DNA of 64,000 nucleotides, from contig JAHRHZ010000098.1 in assembly GCA_024137785.1 (NCBI GenBank), forward strand, positions 24,480,309 to 24,544,308. The letters run 5' to 3'. Source of the DNA: Ginglymostoma cirratum (taxonomy: Eukaryota). The position numbers and the translations under genes are program-made. The notes under the pieces were generated by a model. The model was not told where the DNA came from. It was given only the letters and a program-made list of their open reading frames with translations, and made no database searches. Below are positions 12,501 through 27,500 of this stretch, in pieces (within the stretch, counting starts at the first letter, position 1; the number at the start of each line of letters is the position of its first letter).

Positions 12501-15500
12501 AAACACGATAGTTCAGTTACCTTGGTTTAGCTGGTGAAACTTCCAGCCCATAGATGTTTGGTTAGAAATCAATAATTATTAAATGATTAAAAATGTCTAA
12601 GCTTTCAGTTTCATGACAAGACAACTTCAGAGTTCACATGACAGTGCTAGGAAGAAGTTAAGTCAACCCAAAGATTTGACATAGAAGGTTAATATCTCGA
12701 GATTTGAAAACACTGAAGTGATGGGTGTTGCAGAACAGATGTGACTTTGTTTTGCTATCTGTTTAAATATCTCTTGAACTCTGTTCCACGTTCAGATAGC
12801 ACTGTTTGTATGATTTTATTTTCTTCCTTATTGTGAAATAAACTTTTTGTTTGATTATTAAAGAAGATTTTGCAGTCTTGTGTGCCTATACATCAGTGAA
12901 TGATCACCGCTTTTAAAAAAAAAAAATTCCATTAGGCCAGATTTCGTTCTGGGATCTGATCTGTTCAGTAGCAGCAGACTGGGTTCATAACAAATTCAAC
13001 CACCAAAGTCATCACTACCGGAATCAACCACTTTACCATTTTACAACCTATTTGTCACAGACAAGCCACAAATGGATTTTCTTTTAAAAAAACTAATTTT
13101 TTTGGACTTGTATCTCATTTCTAACCGGTGTACGAATGTGGCATTTTATCATTTTTTTTTTAATTAAAAAATGGTAGAGTATCCATTCTTGGGATATGAG
13201 CATCTCTGGTTCAGCCAACATTTATTGCTGATCCCTAGTTGCCTTTGAGAAGTTGGTGGTGAACTGCCTTCCTGAACCATGGCAGTAGCTAATAAACTCA
13301 CGCTTCCTTTAACTGAAGGAAGCCTGCTTACAGTGGCTTATTTTAAGACATATATGGGCTGGGAAAAGGTACTTAGGAGGGAAAAGTTTTTTTTATAAAT
13401 TAATCTTGTTGCGACCAACCAAGGGAGAGGTTGAGTAGGGGAGGGGAGTAAGTTCATTCCCCCTCACCTTTTAGGAATACCCCATGCAGAATCCTAGTGA
13501 ATTGGGAACAGTCACCCAGGAACCAATCGTTATGGGTTCAATGACACAACTTCTGTTTAAACAGCAACTTTGAAGTAGAACACACCCCAAAGTGCCTCAC
13601 AGGAGTGCAGTCATAGAATTATACAGCACAGAAAACAGACTCTTCGGTCCAACTCGTCTGCACTGACCAGATATCCCAATCTGAACTAGTCCCATTTGCC
13701 AGCATTTGGCTCATATCCCTCTAAAAACTCTTCCTATTCATATACCCATCCTGATGCCTTTTAAATGTTGCAGTTGTACCTACCTGCATCACTTCCTCTG
13801 GCACATTATTCCATACATGTACCACCCTATGCATAAAAAAGTTTATCCCTCATGTCAGTTTTAAATCTTTCCCCTCTGACCTTAAATCTACACCGTCTAG
13901 TCCAGGCGAAAGACCTTAGCTATTCACCCTATCCACAATCCTCATGATTTTATAGACCTGTATAAAATAAGCCCTCAGCCTCTATTGCCCCAGCGAAAAA
14001 AAGCCCCAGCCTATTCAGCCTCTCCCCATAGCCCAAACCTTCCAGTCACAATAAGAATATAGATAGAGTCAAATAACATGGTGACATTAGAACAGGTGAA
14101 CAAATTATTCAATCCGGGGTGTTTTAAGGAGAGTCTTTAAAAAGGAGGGAGAGAAACAAAAAAGAAGTTAGGAAGGGAATTCAATTCAAGATTCCAATCT
14201 AGAAAACTGAAGGCATGGCTGCCAACTGGGGGAGTGGTGTTGAATTAAGTGAAGGATACCAAGAGGTCAGAGTTGGAGAAACCCAGAGCGCGCTGATGGT
14301 TTTAGGGCTGCAAGACATTATAGAGATGGAGGATGTGCAGGCTGTGGAAGAGGCATTCAAGAAGGATATAAGTTATCTGAAAAAAGGAAGCATGTTCAGA
14401 CTTATTTTGCTGGGGGTGGGTGGTGGTGGAGGGTTGGGGGTGCTGGCGTTGGGAAAGAGCAACAGGGAGTGGATGAGTGAAATTGCTCCTTCGGAGAGCC
14501 AGCAGCCCACATTGGCACGGTAGAGGAAGGGGCCATGCAGTCAGTCAATTTGTGACGCCAGCCTTCATTTCACATCTAACTGAACACTAGAAAGCGGCAG
14601 AAACAGGGGGGAGGGAGGGAGCTTTACTTTGCATGTGAAGGGTAGACATTGTTGTTGATTATACCAAAAACCTCCAGCAACTAAACATGGGGCAAAAATA
14701 AAGAATTTCTAAACAAACATTCAAGGAGCTTGGTTAAAAACACAGCTGAAGACAATATACAAGTAACAGCAAAGCTTCATCAAGATACAAGGGTTTTCAA
14801 ACCTCCGGGGGCTTGATAGAGCAAATCCACTCAACGACACCCAGTGGCTAAAAATTTGAAATTGTACTGTATTCTGTTTGGATTGTGGCCTTTTAAATTC
14901 TGGCATAAAAAGGAGTGATGGTCCCAGTGCCCAAAAGCTCTCACTTCAGAAAGGAGAGACATTGCATCGGAGAGAATTCACAGACAGGTCATTCTGTACA
15001 ATGTGTTCAATCCAACCTACAGGGCTCTGAAGGAAGGGAATCAAATCCATGACTAGCTACAAGTAGGTTCCAAGGGTGTGCTGCAGTGAGGTAACCAACT
15101 ACTTGATTCTAAAAAGAGGCAAAACACCAACTGGAATGGAAGACAAACATCAGAATCTTTTCCTGCAATTCAGTAGGGTCTGTGGGAACCTCAGGCAGAT
15201 GGGTAGTGGTTCATTCTGTCCACTGGTAGGTGACTGGGGTGGTCCGCACTGCAGCATACTTCACAAATGCTGAAGATCCATGTCAGTTCTGGTGTTCCCA
15301 GTTCTGGGATTTGGGATGGGGTCTTGAGTGAGGATGGGAGAAAAAGGAATCAGCGAAGCTGACCTTCACCCCTCTGCCAACTTGTCCTGTAGTGCAGGGT
15401 GGAACAATCTAAAGAACGCGAAACCACAGACAGCAACAGGCAGAGCTCGCTACCCTGTCTTACACAGACGTCATTTCAGCATGAATAGGTCACAACTCTG

Positions 15501-18500
15501 GTATCTAGCCGGTATGCTGCTCACTCAAGGCTCTATACCTGCAGGTTTGGAACTACAAAGAGTTTGGCAACTTCTGTCCTGTTGTCAATCAGATTATTCC
15601 AGTCCAACAGGTCTACAGTGCTGAAAGAAAGAGGAGAAAAGGGCACATGAGTTAGTGCTATGGATAAGGACACACCCACATTAGTAATACCTTGCACTGT
15701 ACAACAAAACTTCCCGCAGGATGTGCAATAGCGATGAGAAATTGATGCCTGTTAACCATTTATCAGTTCTTCTTTTGCAACCTCCTCTCTGTCAACTTCC
15801 TTTTTGACAGCTCTTTTCTTACAGGCAGATACTATTTCTGGGATACCAAGAGCCCCAGTGATTCACCCAGGTGACCAAGCACGTTATCATGCAAAGAAAC
15901 GTGAAGTGAAACATTTTGGTTGGAACAATGGATGAGAAAGAAAACAAAATATATGATCGTAATGTAGGCCTGGCAGCAAAAGGTATCTGGGGGTATACAT
16001 GCATAAATTGTTGAAGGTGGGATTCAGGCAGGCTAAAAGATGCAGGTTATAAAAGGCAATAAGTAGAAACGTCAAGTACTGATTCAAGGACATAATGCTG
16101 AATCCTTATAAAACACTGATTCAGCCTCAACTGGAAAAACTGCACTACACTTTAATAAGGATACGAAGACACAGTACAGAGGGTGCACAATACACTGCAG
16201 AATAACAGATTTCAGTTATGAGGATTGATTTGAGTGACAGGGCTGTTCACCTTGCAGAGGAGGTGATTTGAGAGAAGGTGAAACGGAAAAGTCATGAGGG
16301 GCCTGGACAGAACAGTTACAGATAAACTGTTTGCACTGGTAAAAGGGTCAAGAACCAAAAGGTCATAGATTTCAGGCAATTAGCAAGAGAAGCTAAAGGT
16401 GACAGGATTTAAAAAAGACACAGCAAGTAGTTCAGACCCAGAATGAACCTATTGCATGCCTGGTGGAGGCAGATTCAACCTTGTCTTTCAAAAGAGATTT
16501 AGATAAGCAGCCAAAGAGGAAATAAAAACTGGAAAAAGGAAAAGGCAGGGGAGTGGAAATAACCAACATGGATATGACAGCCCAAATGGCTTCCTTCAGG
16601 GTCACAAGCATTCTATTGTGGAGAGAATCTGGATAATGAGTGTCTTCAGGAAACAGGAAATCAACTTAACCTGGACTTCACTCACCATTTACGTAAGTAC
16701 TGTCCAGCTGGGGTCATCGAATAAGTTTCAGGAGCAGGGATGGCTGATTTTACCATTCTCTGCTCCTAGAGCAGTTTGGTCAATTGTAACGTGAAGACAG
16801 CCTTGGTGGAGATCAGCTAGCTCATCTGGAACAACATCACGTCGAAAACTACACTCACTCAGTGAGCCAATGAGCTTTTCTTGGGACAAAACAGCCCAGA
16901 ATTTGCTGGAATGGAGCACATCTTGGTACATCCATTAGTTAGACTTCCTCCCTCATCCTTTGCCTCAAAATCCTACCGCAAAACGTGAACTGATAACAAG
17001 AGTAACAGGTCACACAGACACTGGGCAGGAGAACAGTCCACTTCCTAATCAACAGGGTGGCAATGCAGACTCAATGGGTTGGATGGCCTACCGTGGTTCC
17101 TAATCACATTTTCAGATGTAACGATCGAGGAAGAGATGGAGAATGACACAAGAAAATTAGACAAATTGAAGTCAAATTAGAGACAGAAAGGGGGAGAAAA
17201 AAAAAGGAAGATAATAAAAGGAGAGAAGTAGTGAAAAGTTTCTTTTTTGGAAGTTGTTATAATCTCTAACGACAAGCTACAGGAATAAGATTCCGGACTG
17301 TCAATGACTACATGTCAAATTAGTAACCCTAGACAATGGGGAAGCCGTGTGGAACGCGGGGCATGCGTGCATGGAGCAGTTGGCCAGAGCATTAGCAGAG
17401 TTTGATCATACCTGTCAGTATACCTGAGGATACCTCTTTACGCTGGAGGATCCCCTCATGTGACTGATTGATAAAACCCGTTCACGCGCTACACCTCCTC
17501 CTGCACTTGAACTTCCCCAAGCCGCCTTCAGGTGGGTACCACGATTTGCCCTTGTATCTCTGCAGTGTGATTAACGTTAATGTCAGCACTGCTGGATTAC
17601 AGCCTATGAATCTTGCACAGAACGTTCTAGAAAAGCACAGGATGTCAGTAAACAGTACCTACAGCCACACACATGGAGTGAGATGCACAGGAGTGTGCTT
17701 GAACCAGGTGCTTACCCAGACAGTCCAATCTTCTCTCCATCAAACCAGTCGGTGATCTCTTCCAAGGTGGCTATGCCAAGTTTAGTCAAGCTATTCTGTA
17801 GGCAAAAGCAAGTAGAAAATGATCTTAAAACGTTATTCAACGTAGACAATGCAGAGAAAAATAATCCTCACTTCAGGCCGAGGTTTCACTTTCTCCCTTC
17901 AAATCCCAGAAAGCTGCTTAATTGCTGGAACTGCAGTCAGGACGGTACTGTTATGTCCCATGGTCAGTGGGTCAATATAATGTCGGTAATAGGTACGCCT
18001 ACAATCACTAGCCTTCTGTCAATCTGTGGGGCCAAACTGGCACAAAAAAGGTATTTAAATGCAATATTGGTAACATACCATTTTTCTCTCCCTAGGATGT
18101 CCTCCCTACCAGGAGGCAACGAATGCCAATTCTGACAGAAAAATTATTGTTTTCAAAACATTTCAAATATTGAAGCAGATTCTCCATTGGGCTTTGGGCC
18201 TCCAGTTTCTAATAACAGCCCTCTACGTGCACTTCCGTCAAAAAAACATTTCTAACGGCCACCGTGTACCAATTATCAGTTGTAAAAATCCATCTAGGTC
18301 ACTAATGTCCTTTAGGGAAGGAAATCTGCCATCCTTACCTAGTCTGGCCTATGCATGATACCAGACTCTCAGCAATATGGCTGAATCTGAGTTCTGAGGA
18401 GGGGTCACCAGACCCAAAACATTAACTCTGTTCTTTCCTTCACAGATGCTGCCAGGCCTGCTGCGCTTTTCCAGCAATTTCTGTTTTGTCTCCTGGTTTA

Positions 18501-21500
18501 CAGCATCCATAGTTCTTTCGGTTTTTTCTTTTGTTTTTGGCTGAATCTTAACTGGCTTCTGGGAAATTAGGGATGGGCAATAAATGCTGGCCTGGCCAGT
18601 AAGGCCTGTATAAGATGAATAATGAAATGGGACAGAGACCCAGCAAATTAATATCTGGCCCAATCTTCAGTGTGCCAATTTAGTTTGCACCAAATCTGTC
18701 CATTCTAAACCCTAGGCTTTTGATTTTAAAGTGAACAAAGGGAGATAAAAGTGATGCTGAAATTGTACCTGACCACCAGTATCATACAATAAAACAGAAC
18801 TGCGGATGCTGGAAATCTAGGACATAAACAGAAATTGCCAAAGAAACTCAGCAGCTTCCATGGAGAAAGAGCAGAGTTAACGTTTCTCGTTGAGCACCTA
18901 TTCTTCCCCTGAATAGCAATTTCTGTTTTTAATCAATGAAATTATCATGGTCAAGCAACTTGGTGCTGAAGCAGTTATATCCCATGGACATTATATCAAT
19001 ATGCCTTTAATGGGTATTCTCATGACATCATCACTATCACAAGATGTGGTCTTGGAGAATAAAGATCTCCTACTCCATCGGCAGCACATTCGCCCCGCGG
19101 TTAGCACTGCTGCCTCACAGTACCAAGGACCTGGGTTCAATCCCACCCTCGTGCGACTGTGTGTGGAGTGTGCACGTTTCCCCTTGGTGCTCTGGTTTCT
19201 TCCCACAGTCCAAAGATGTGAAAGCTAAGTGGATTAGCCACTGGGAATGCAGGGTTACAGGGATTGGGTAGGGGGTGAATCTAGGTGGGATGCTCTTTAG
19301 AGGATCAGTGTGAACTCAAAAAAATGGGCCGAATGGCCTGCTTCCACACCGTAGGGATTCTATGATCTTGACCTGGGATTCTTTGAAACCTGACAGAGTA
19401 CCAGAAATCTGCTACTCTGTCTAATTTCCTGGCTTAACACTAGCCCAGAAACCACATGCCTAAGGAATGCGACATTTGCATGTAATATTCAGCTCTGTTG
19501 GATTCCTCACTGCCACTCCATGCCTAGTTATGAGAGCGAACATAAACATTACCACATCAGGTAAAATACCCTTACTGGTGAGAAAAAAAACAAATTGCAG
19601 CTGATGGTTCGCAGTTTGCCTCTTCCTCTAACCCACCCAGCACCCCCTCATTTTGGCCAAGCACTCATTCACTGACCTGCAGTCGCTCCATATCCAGCTT
19701 CATGTCAACCGCAGCCTGGCCAGCTTTTCCTTGCTCAGCAGCAAGCTGGCGAAAGAAACCACGCCACTTAACCAGCACCTCGGAGAACTGCAGCTAGAAC
19801 GACAGCAGTGAGAAAGGAGCAAGTACAAAGTCAGACTTTCAGAAACAAACATACAGAGCACCCACCATTACCCCAAGGAGATGCACAAATACCCCCTCGC
19901 TTTCCTTACAGCATTATACAGAACGTAGGCTCTTTCCACCACCTTCATTGCTAATAAGACCATTACAGTTTAGAGGAATATTGCTCAGGTTTGATGACCG
20001 TTTCACACATCACTACCTTCTCGTCTGTTGTTATTCTGCCCCCAGTCTAAGTTTTTAATATATAGAAATAAGAGTAGAATCCTACCAGGAACTGTGGTCT
20101 CCCCAATGCTGTCAGCTTGATGGCAGAAAATCCATCCTCGGAACTCCCTCCTATAAATAATACAGAGCGCAGCTATGAATCATCAGAGAACTGAACCAGT
20201 GTGCTACCAAAATCACCAGCAGCAATATGGGTAGTACCAGTGAAGGAGTAACCCACTGAACATCAAAAGACTACAGTAAATCATTCACCTCTGCCAGTAA
20301 TTAGCACACAACCCACTATGCACCAACAGCAACGATGCAGGAAACTAATGTAGGTTGGAGAGTGAGCCATGGAAAAGTAGAAAATCAGCATTGAGTATAC
20401 CCACACTACTGGAAACCCACAGCGCCTAACAAAACAGAGTCGTACCAGATGCTGCAATACACTTCAGGAAGGTCTCCATGAATTGGTCGCATTTCGACTC
20501 ATCAGCGTAAAAGTATGTCCGAGCACTAAAGACATCTTCTCTACGGTCTCCAAATTGCTTGTGAGGCCGGAATTTCTTCTCCCTGTGAACGCTGCCTGCG
20601 GAGGTGAGAAACAACATCACAAAAATAAAAAACCTCTGGAAAGGCCAGGCAAGTTTTGCAACATTGAGAAAAACTGTAATGAGCGGGCCATTTGTTTTAT
20701 GACCATTTTAAGAGAAAGTTAATTTTTTTTGTATTAGGTTGAGCTTTCAGAAAATCGGATCATGGTAGAGAAGTCCAACACTGGTAGTGCTCACATACAG
20801 GACAGCAGGAGCCCTTATGGCTCAGGGAACTGAAATCCACGAATTATTTTCCTTTATCCACTGAGAGACTTATTTGTAAATCTGCTCCCTATCCCAGGTG
20901 TGTGGAGTCTAATTACAGTGCCCAAACTGCAGTGCAAGCAGGAACTGGCTAATGAGCACGGAGTAGAACTGCGAGTTGTCTGCATTATGCAATCCAATAT
21001 ACCTTAAGTCTGTTCACTTATGGATAATGCATCCAACATTTCTTTTAAAAAAAAAAAAAATCACTTTAAAATGAACACAGTCTGTTTCCAGGTTTGGGTC
21101 TTCACATTGTTGACACATGGAGAAACCTACAAGCCCTCACATTCATCCCAGGTGCTGCTTGGGCTACACTATATCACAGCACTAGCCGTTTGTCAGCAGC
21201 CCCGACCAGAAGGACAATCTCCATACATGAGAGAAAGCAGAGGGCTATCGAGGCTGGATCACTAAATATATTCAAGGCGGAGATAAAAATCTGTCTGTCT
21301 ATCTCAATAGCAGAATCAAGGTTTAATGGAGAAAAGGCAGGATAGAGGAGTTGAGGATTATTGCATCAGCTGTGATCTCAACGAATGGCAGAGCAGACTC
21401 AATGGCTTTTCTATGTTCCTATATCTTACGTGAGTCATTGGTTGGCAGCTGGAAGCAAGAACAGAAGCCGATTTTCTTTCCCCTGTGCTAACTCTGTGGC

Positions 21501-24500
21501 CTTACCGTGTTTATGTTCCAGCTATTCCCTAGCTAAAACTGCTGAGGCATCAGCAGTTGATATCAGTGGGCACCACAGCAGGGTAGGAGAGGATAAAAAC
21601 TCAAAGTACCAGGATTTTTGACATCGCAAGTTATCAATTAACTACAGCTGCCGGAGGTTCATTTGACCGATAGCTGGGATTGGACGATTATCTTTTGAGG
21701 AAAGGTTCGACAGGGCGGCTCTGTATCCACAGCAGTATAGAGGACTCAGAGGCGATCTTATGGAAATACATAAAAGATCCTCAGGACGCTAGCTAGGAGG
21801 GCGCCTGCAAGGATATTTCCCTTGGAGAAAGGGACAAGAACTAGGGGAGCAAGTTTAAATATTTTAAAAAAAAAGAGATCTCCTCATTAGGATCGTGGAG
21901 AAGAAACCTATTCCTTCTACGTCCCATGTAAAAAAAGTAATTTTCTTCAAAATCATGAGAAAATCTTGCAATGAAGTAGTGTGTCAAGTTCCCAAGGGCC
22001 AAAGTTGTCCAATGCAAAGCACGAAGCAGCTGCAATTCTCAGGCTTACCTTTAACTTCCTTCTCAACTCGAGACTCGCAGGATCTAAAGAGCAAACGAAA
22101 AAGAAAATGAGATTGGTGCTTTAAATTCAAGGAAGCATATCAAAATTAGCATCTATGGTTGTGGTGTGCTCAACCATTGATAGCTCTCATTATGAAAGGC
22201 TTGTTTCCATGCTGTAGGACTCGATGTCATAGTCTTGTACAATCGGGAAGGGAATAAACAGTTCAATGGACACAATGAGAAATGCATCATTCTGTATAAA
22301 ACAGGCTCAAACTGCCTGTGCAACCAGAACTTGTCAAACCATCCTGGTCTAGGTCTTGAGTACATTCTTTCCACCTGGCAGCAAGCACTATACATGCTTT
22401 TATGTATTTTATTTTCCCCCTCACAATTATGCAATTATTTTGAGTTTGCTACATAGGTCTCGACCAGAACTATGACAATAATCGCAAGTCAGCCACCCTC
22501 CGTATTCATGCAAGCTTAAAAAAAAAGCTATCCAAGCTGGAATGCTGGGTCAGAATTCCCACTATTTGAATCATCTCTGACCTTCTCACAAGACTCTTAT
22601 CCCAAGTCACAAGGGAGCATGTCGATGTGGTTACTGATATGGGCAGGCACGGGAACAAAAACAAAATAAAGTCACAGTGTGGGTTCAACTTCCCCCAAAG
22701 CAATGCAGCAAGAAAAAGAGGCAGGAAAACTCAGGCAGAGCATGTCAAACTGAAATGGAGCTACTTTGACCTGCTGGTTCGAGTAAACATCTAAGCCCTA
22801 AACAATTCAAACTATTCTGCTGCTCAGGGACTGCAACTATACCATTTCACCCTACAACTCAGACTTTTTTAATTCAAATTAGCATTTCCCAAAACAACAT
22901 AGTCTGACTTAAAATATCCTTACTCTTTTCAAATCTTATTTTGTCACATCTGTTGGATTTTAAGATTGTGGAGTTTTCTCCCTCAGGTTCAGTATTTCAT
23001 GCCTTAGGCATATTCCTCACTCAGGAGTGGGTCCTAACTTGTCAATAGATAGGTGAATGTAACAAGCCCAGGAGTCAAACCGAAAGACTTTGTAAGTACA
23101 TTTCAGCTGCTGGCTATACTGCGTGGACACCCTCAACTTGAACAGTACGAATCAAAAAAAAAGAGTTGTTTTCAAAATTCAAGTGGAAAATTTGAGAAAG
23201 TAAATGCAATCGCTCAAAAGAGAAATTGACACGCTCACACGATGTTTACATTCAAATTATTTAGTTGGCTTCCTCACTCTGGTCCACGTCCAAGCTCAGC
23301 ATCTGTATTGCTATATTTACACAACTATTGTCATTTGCTGAGTGAATTGGATCCATTAACAGCGTATGCACCATGTCAGAAAATAAGCTGCTTGACACAT
23401 TATGGAGAAAAACATTCAATTTTCCTCACAATTTTGCCCTACTGTGGAGGTTGGGCCATGTAGCCAGGCTTAATCAATGAGACCCGATTACCCAGTTACT
23501 CAGATCCAGCCAAGCATGTGCACCGATTCGTACAACTTCTGCACGCAATTGTCAATTACAAGTCTTCCTGATGACAGGAAAGCTATTTTAAAAAGGGAAC
23601 CTTCAACTAGCTGAGTATAAACACATGAAACATAAGTGGCTTAGCTTCAGAGTTCAAAGGAATGTGTCATGAACCAGTGCACCAAGGAAACAACATGAGG
23701 TAATGTTTATTTTCAGCCTACCTCAGTACATGAACTTGGAAATGAGCTGATTAAAAAAGTAGGAGTTGGAGAACATCCATCATTGGGTAGCATGGTGGCT
23801 CAGTGGTTAGCACTGCTGTCTCACAACACCAGGGACCTGGGTTCAATTCCACCTGGTGAATGGTCTTCAATGGTCAGAGTGGATTCAGTGGGCTGAATAG
23901 CCTGTTTCCACACTGTAAGGGATTCTATGATTTTCCATCACACACGTTTTGTAGCAAAGGATCTGACCCTTTCTAGAAAAGCTCCAATTATTAATTTCAT
24001 ATATCTGCCTTTTGCTACTTGCTTTGGCGTATGAAAATTAAGTGTTGAAACATGTATCAGCAATGACAGCCAACTCTCTGTATTTACTAATTTAAAAAGC
24101 CATTATAAAAATCTGAAGCTTGAATAGTACCATTGAATGATCTCTCAGACCCATTACTACATCTGACATTGTACCAAACAAGCCTCCTGACAACCATCAG
24201 TACACACTCCATGCCAGCCAATCCAATCATCGACCTCCCTACAATCATGCAGCCTGATGTTAAACATGGCTGTGTTCCAAATTGCAAGCCCTCAAGGATC
24301 TAAGAATAAACCCACTTATGCAGCCAGAAAGCTGAAATGGAGCTCATTTGATGCAGCATCTGAACTGGTCAAAAATGACACTTGTGGAGCAATTGTAATG
24401 TTAAACTGCTGTCAGAAGACCTGCGTTCAAGTATCCTCCTTCTGCAGAAGCATGTTATAACACTTTTAAAATCAACATGTTCAAATGTATCTAAACTGTT

Positions 24501-27500
24501 AATTAATTAGAATAGTAGTTCCCAACAAGTGCCATGAGCCGCTATGTAGATTAAACTCATTGCACAACATGATGCAGTTAGTGGTGTCCATCCCTTGCAC
24601 CACATCCAAGCTGCAGGAAGGTTGCTTGAATCAAAAGGTTTTACAGGCAAATCAATTAAAAACTCAAATTTGGAGTAAGCACAAGAGTAAAATTGGCAAT
24701 TATCCCTGGGCTGCTTCAGGAAGGGTCCTACCTGTCACCAACAGGATACAAGAACGTCGACGTATCTAGCAATATTCCTTATACAAATCCTGCACACATA
24801 CATTAGCCTCAAATGAGTGTACAAGAATACGTGTATTGAGAGAAGGGCAAAAATCAAGAGTGCGTCGGGCTGGTGATTGAGTGTTCGTGAGAGCAAGCAT
24901 GTGTGTGTGCTNNNNNNNNNNNNNNNNNNNNNNNNNNNNNNNNNNNNNNNNNNNNNNNNNNNNNNNNNNNNNNNNNNNNNNNNNNNNNNNNNNNNNNNNN
25001 NNNNNNNNNNNNNNNNNNNNNNNNNNNNNNNNNNNNNNNNNNNNNNNNNNNNNNNNNNNNNNNNNNNTCAGGGAAGAAGGAGAAATCAGATACCATATAT
25101 TTTTGTAAAAAAAACAGGAACTCTAGCCCAAGCTAGAGAATCCAATTCAATCATTTTAGTGTATAATTCTTTTTGTGCTCACCATCTGCCTCAGAGGCAA
25201 GTTGAATTCAAAATCTGAGATAACAAGGTGTAGAGCTGGATGAACACAGCAGGCCAAGCAGCATCAGAGAGCAGGAAGGCTGACGTTTCAGGCCTAGACC
25301 CTTCTTCAGAAACTCTACTATCTCTGAATTCAAAATTTATTTGGTTTTGATGCAGAAAGATAAAGCAAAGGAGCACTTTCCAAAACAATCAGCAATCACA
25401 AGTGCCCTATGGTCATACACACAGCCACTGAAGACAAATGGAAATTTTCTACTTGGAGCCAAGCCACAGATTGTGCAACAGTCACATATTTGGCACCACT
25501 GAATAATTTCTCCTCTTCAGCATCACCTCCCCTCCGCATAAGCATACGCGTCTCCATCCAGCTAACCAACGAGAACAGTCCCACCCCCAACATACTTGTA
25601 ATATCACTTAAGGTCACGCAACTGAGTTAGGACCTTTGCACATCTCGATTAAGAATTATTTTTAACGTAAACAAAACAGGATTGCCCTCTCCACCTCCCC
25701 TCAGCTCTTAATATTTCACAGACAGTGTTGATATGTTTCACTGAAAGACATTTCATTGCTTGAGCTGTTTCAGTACGTGATATTGCACTCTCACAGAATC
25801 ACAAAAATCGAGCAGCCCCACCAGGAGCTGAAACACAGTGTCTATAACAGGCAGGGAATCTGAATCAGAATGGCTCCCTTTTCTGTCCTGTTGGTGGGCA
25901 GGATTCCCCAAACAGTGGGCAGGAGACAGGCACCTGCTTCATGGAAGCAGATGACTAATTTGCATCATTAAGGACCTAATTACAATCTAATTATCTAATT
26001 ACATTAGATCTTGCTAATGGCACATCAGCTGCAACTTCATGGAGGCAGCCTTCCTCCTAAGATAGGTGAAGGCAAATTTCCCATTGTCCCAGTGATTCCC
26101 AGACAGGAGCTTGCCAAACAATCGACAGGGTTTTAACTGCGATGGACCTCTCCAACAGGTGCCTCCCATTGTGGGGTAGATAGCGGCGCAGTGGCAAAGT
26201 CCCAACACTAGCAATCTACAGCCTCAGCCTAATGCTGAGGACGTGGCTTCAAATCTCAGTTGGACAGATAGTAAAATTTGAACTCAACATGTAAACTTGA
26301 GTTGGAAAGCTGACCACATCACTCTGGTGTCATCCAAACTCGTTCACTGACTTTGAGGGGAGGAAGTCTGCTGTCCTTAGCTGGTGTCTCCAGAACCACA
26401 GCAACAGACTGACCCTGAGAATGGTTTAACTACCCACTTAGTGGTGTCAAACTATTAAATAAAAACCCAGAAGAAAAAAAAAAGGGTGAAACAGCCAACA
26501 TTAACCTCAGCACCAGAAATGACAAAAGCACATCACGTCTGTTCAATACTGAAAGTCCTGCCTCCCAACATCTGGTGGCTTGTGACAAACTTGGAAGAGC
26601 TGTCCCATAGCCTCATTACACAATAGCCTAACAGTCACATATGCTGAGGCTAACTTCACTTCTTAGCACCACACCATCATCCTGAGATATCATCCACCAG
26701 AAGTGGCAGCAAGAATGTGCCCCTGGGAGCACTCAATATTGATGCTGGACCCCATTATATCTCATGGCATCAGGTCAAAAAAAATGTACATGGACCCCTG
26801 CTACTGATTACCAGCTTCTGTTGTAGTATTGGATCTACAGACTGGGTGAGGGAACATTGACACGTTTTATTGAACATATCTACTGACAAGGTATGGAAGA
26901 GCAAACATCTTCTGGAACACTGCGGACTCTGGCTTCAGTTCCATGCGATCCAGCATCACTGTGGTACGGCTCGAGTTACACATATTCAGCAGCTAATCTC
27001 CGAGTAAAGGTTTTTAAACTTATTCAGTCCTGGGATGGGGGCATCACTGGCTGGGTGAGAATTTAATGCCAGTCCTTAGCTGCTCTTGAGAAAAAAGGTA
27101 TAATTTACTCTAATCCACACTGGCTACCAGTCACAATGAAACAAATTTTATGGATTATTCATCTTTGACTTTGCTTTCTCTGAAAGCAATTAAAAATAAG
27201 CTTTGATATGCTAAAATGACCAAAGTCACCTGGTTTGATTAGTTAAACTCAGGAATTTAGAAAGGAATCTCTAAATAACTTGGTTGAAATTGTCTGCCAC
27301 ACCTAGAACAGACTGTCCATGGGCAATTATCCAAACTTGCTACACAAAGAATGGGATTAAACTTCTACGTTGGGTGACCTGGTTAGGTCAGTAGGTATAA
27401 CATGGCAATCTTAAACTCAGGGTCATGGGTGTAAGCCCCACAATGCACACAGACTGTTTGCCAGCTCCATGATTCAGTGGTTAGAGCACTGGTCTGGTAA

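Noticed and set aside
11850-12992. Possible solo LTR interrupted by a SINE
   Set aside because: TG...CA ends and AATAAA are present, but no TSD or second copy in the window supports it
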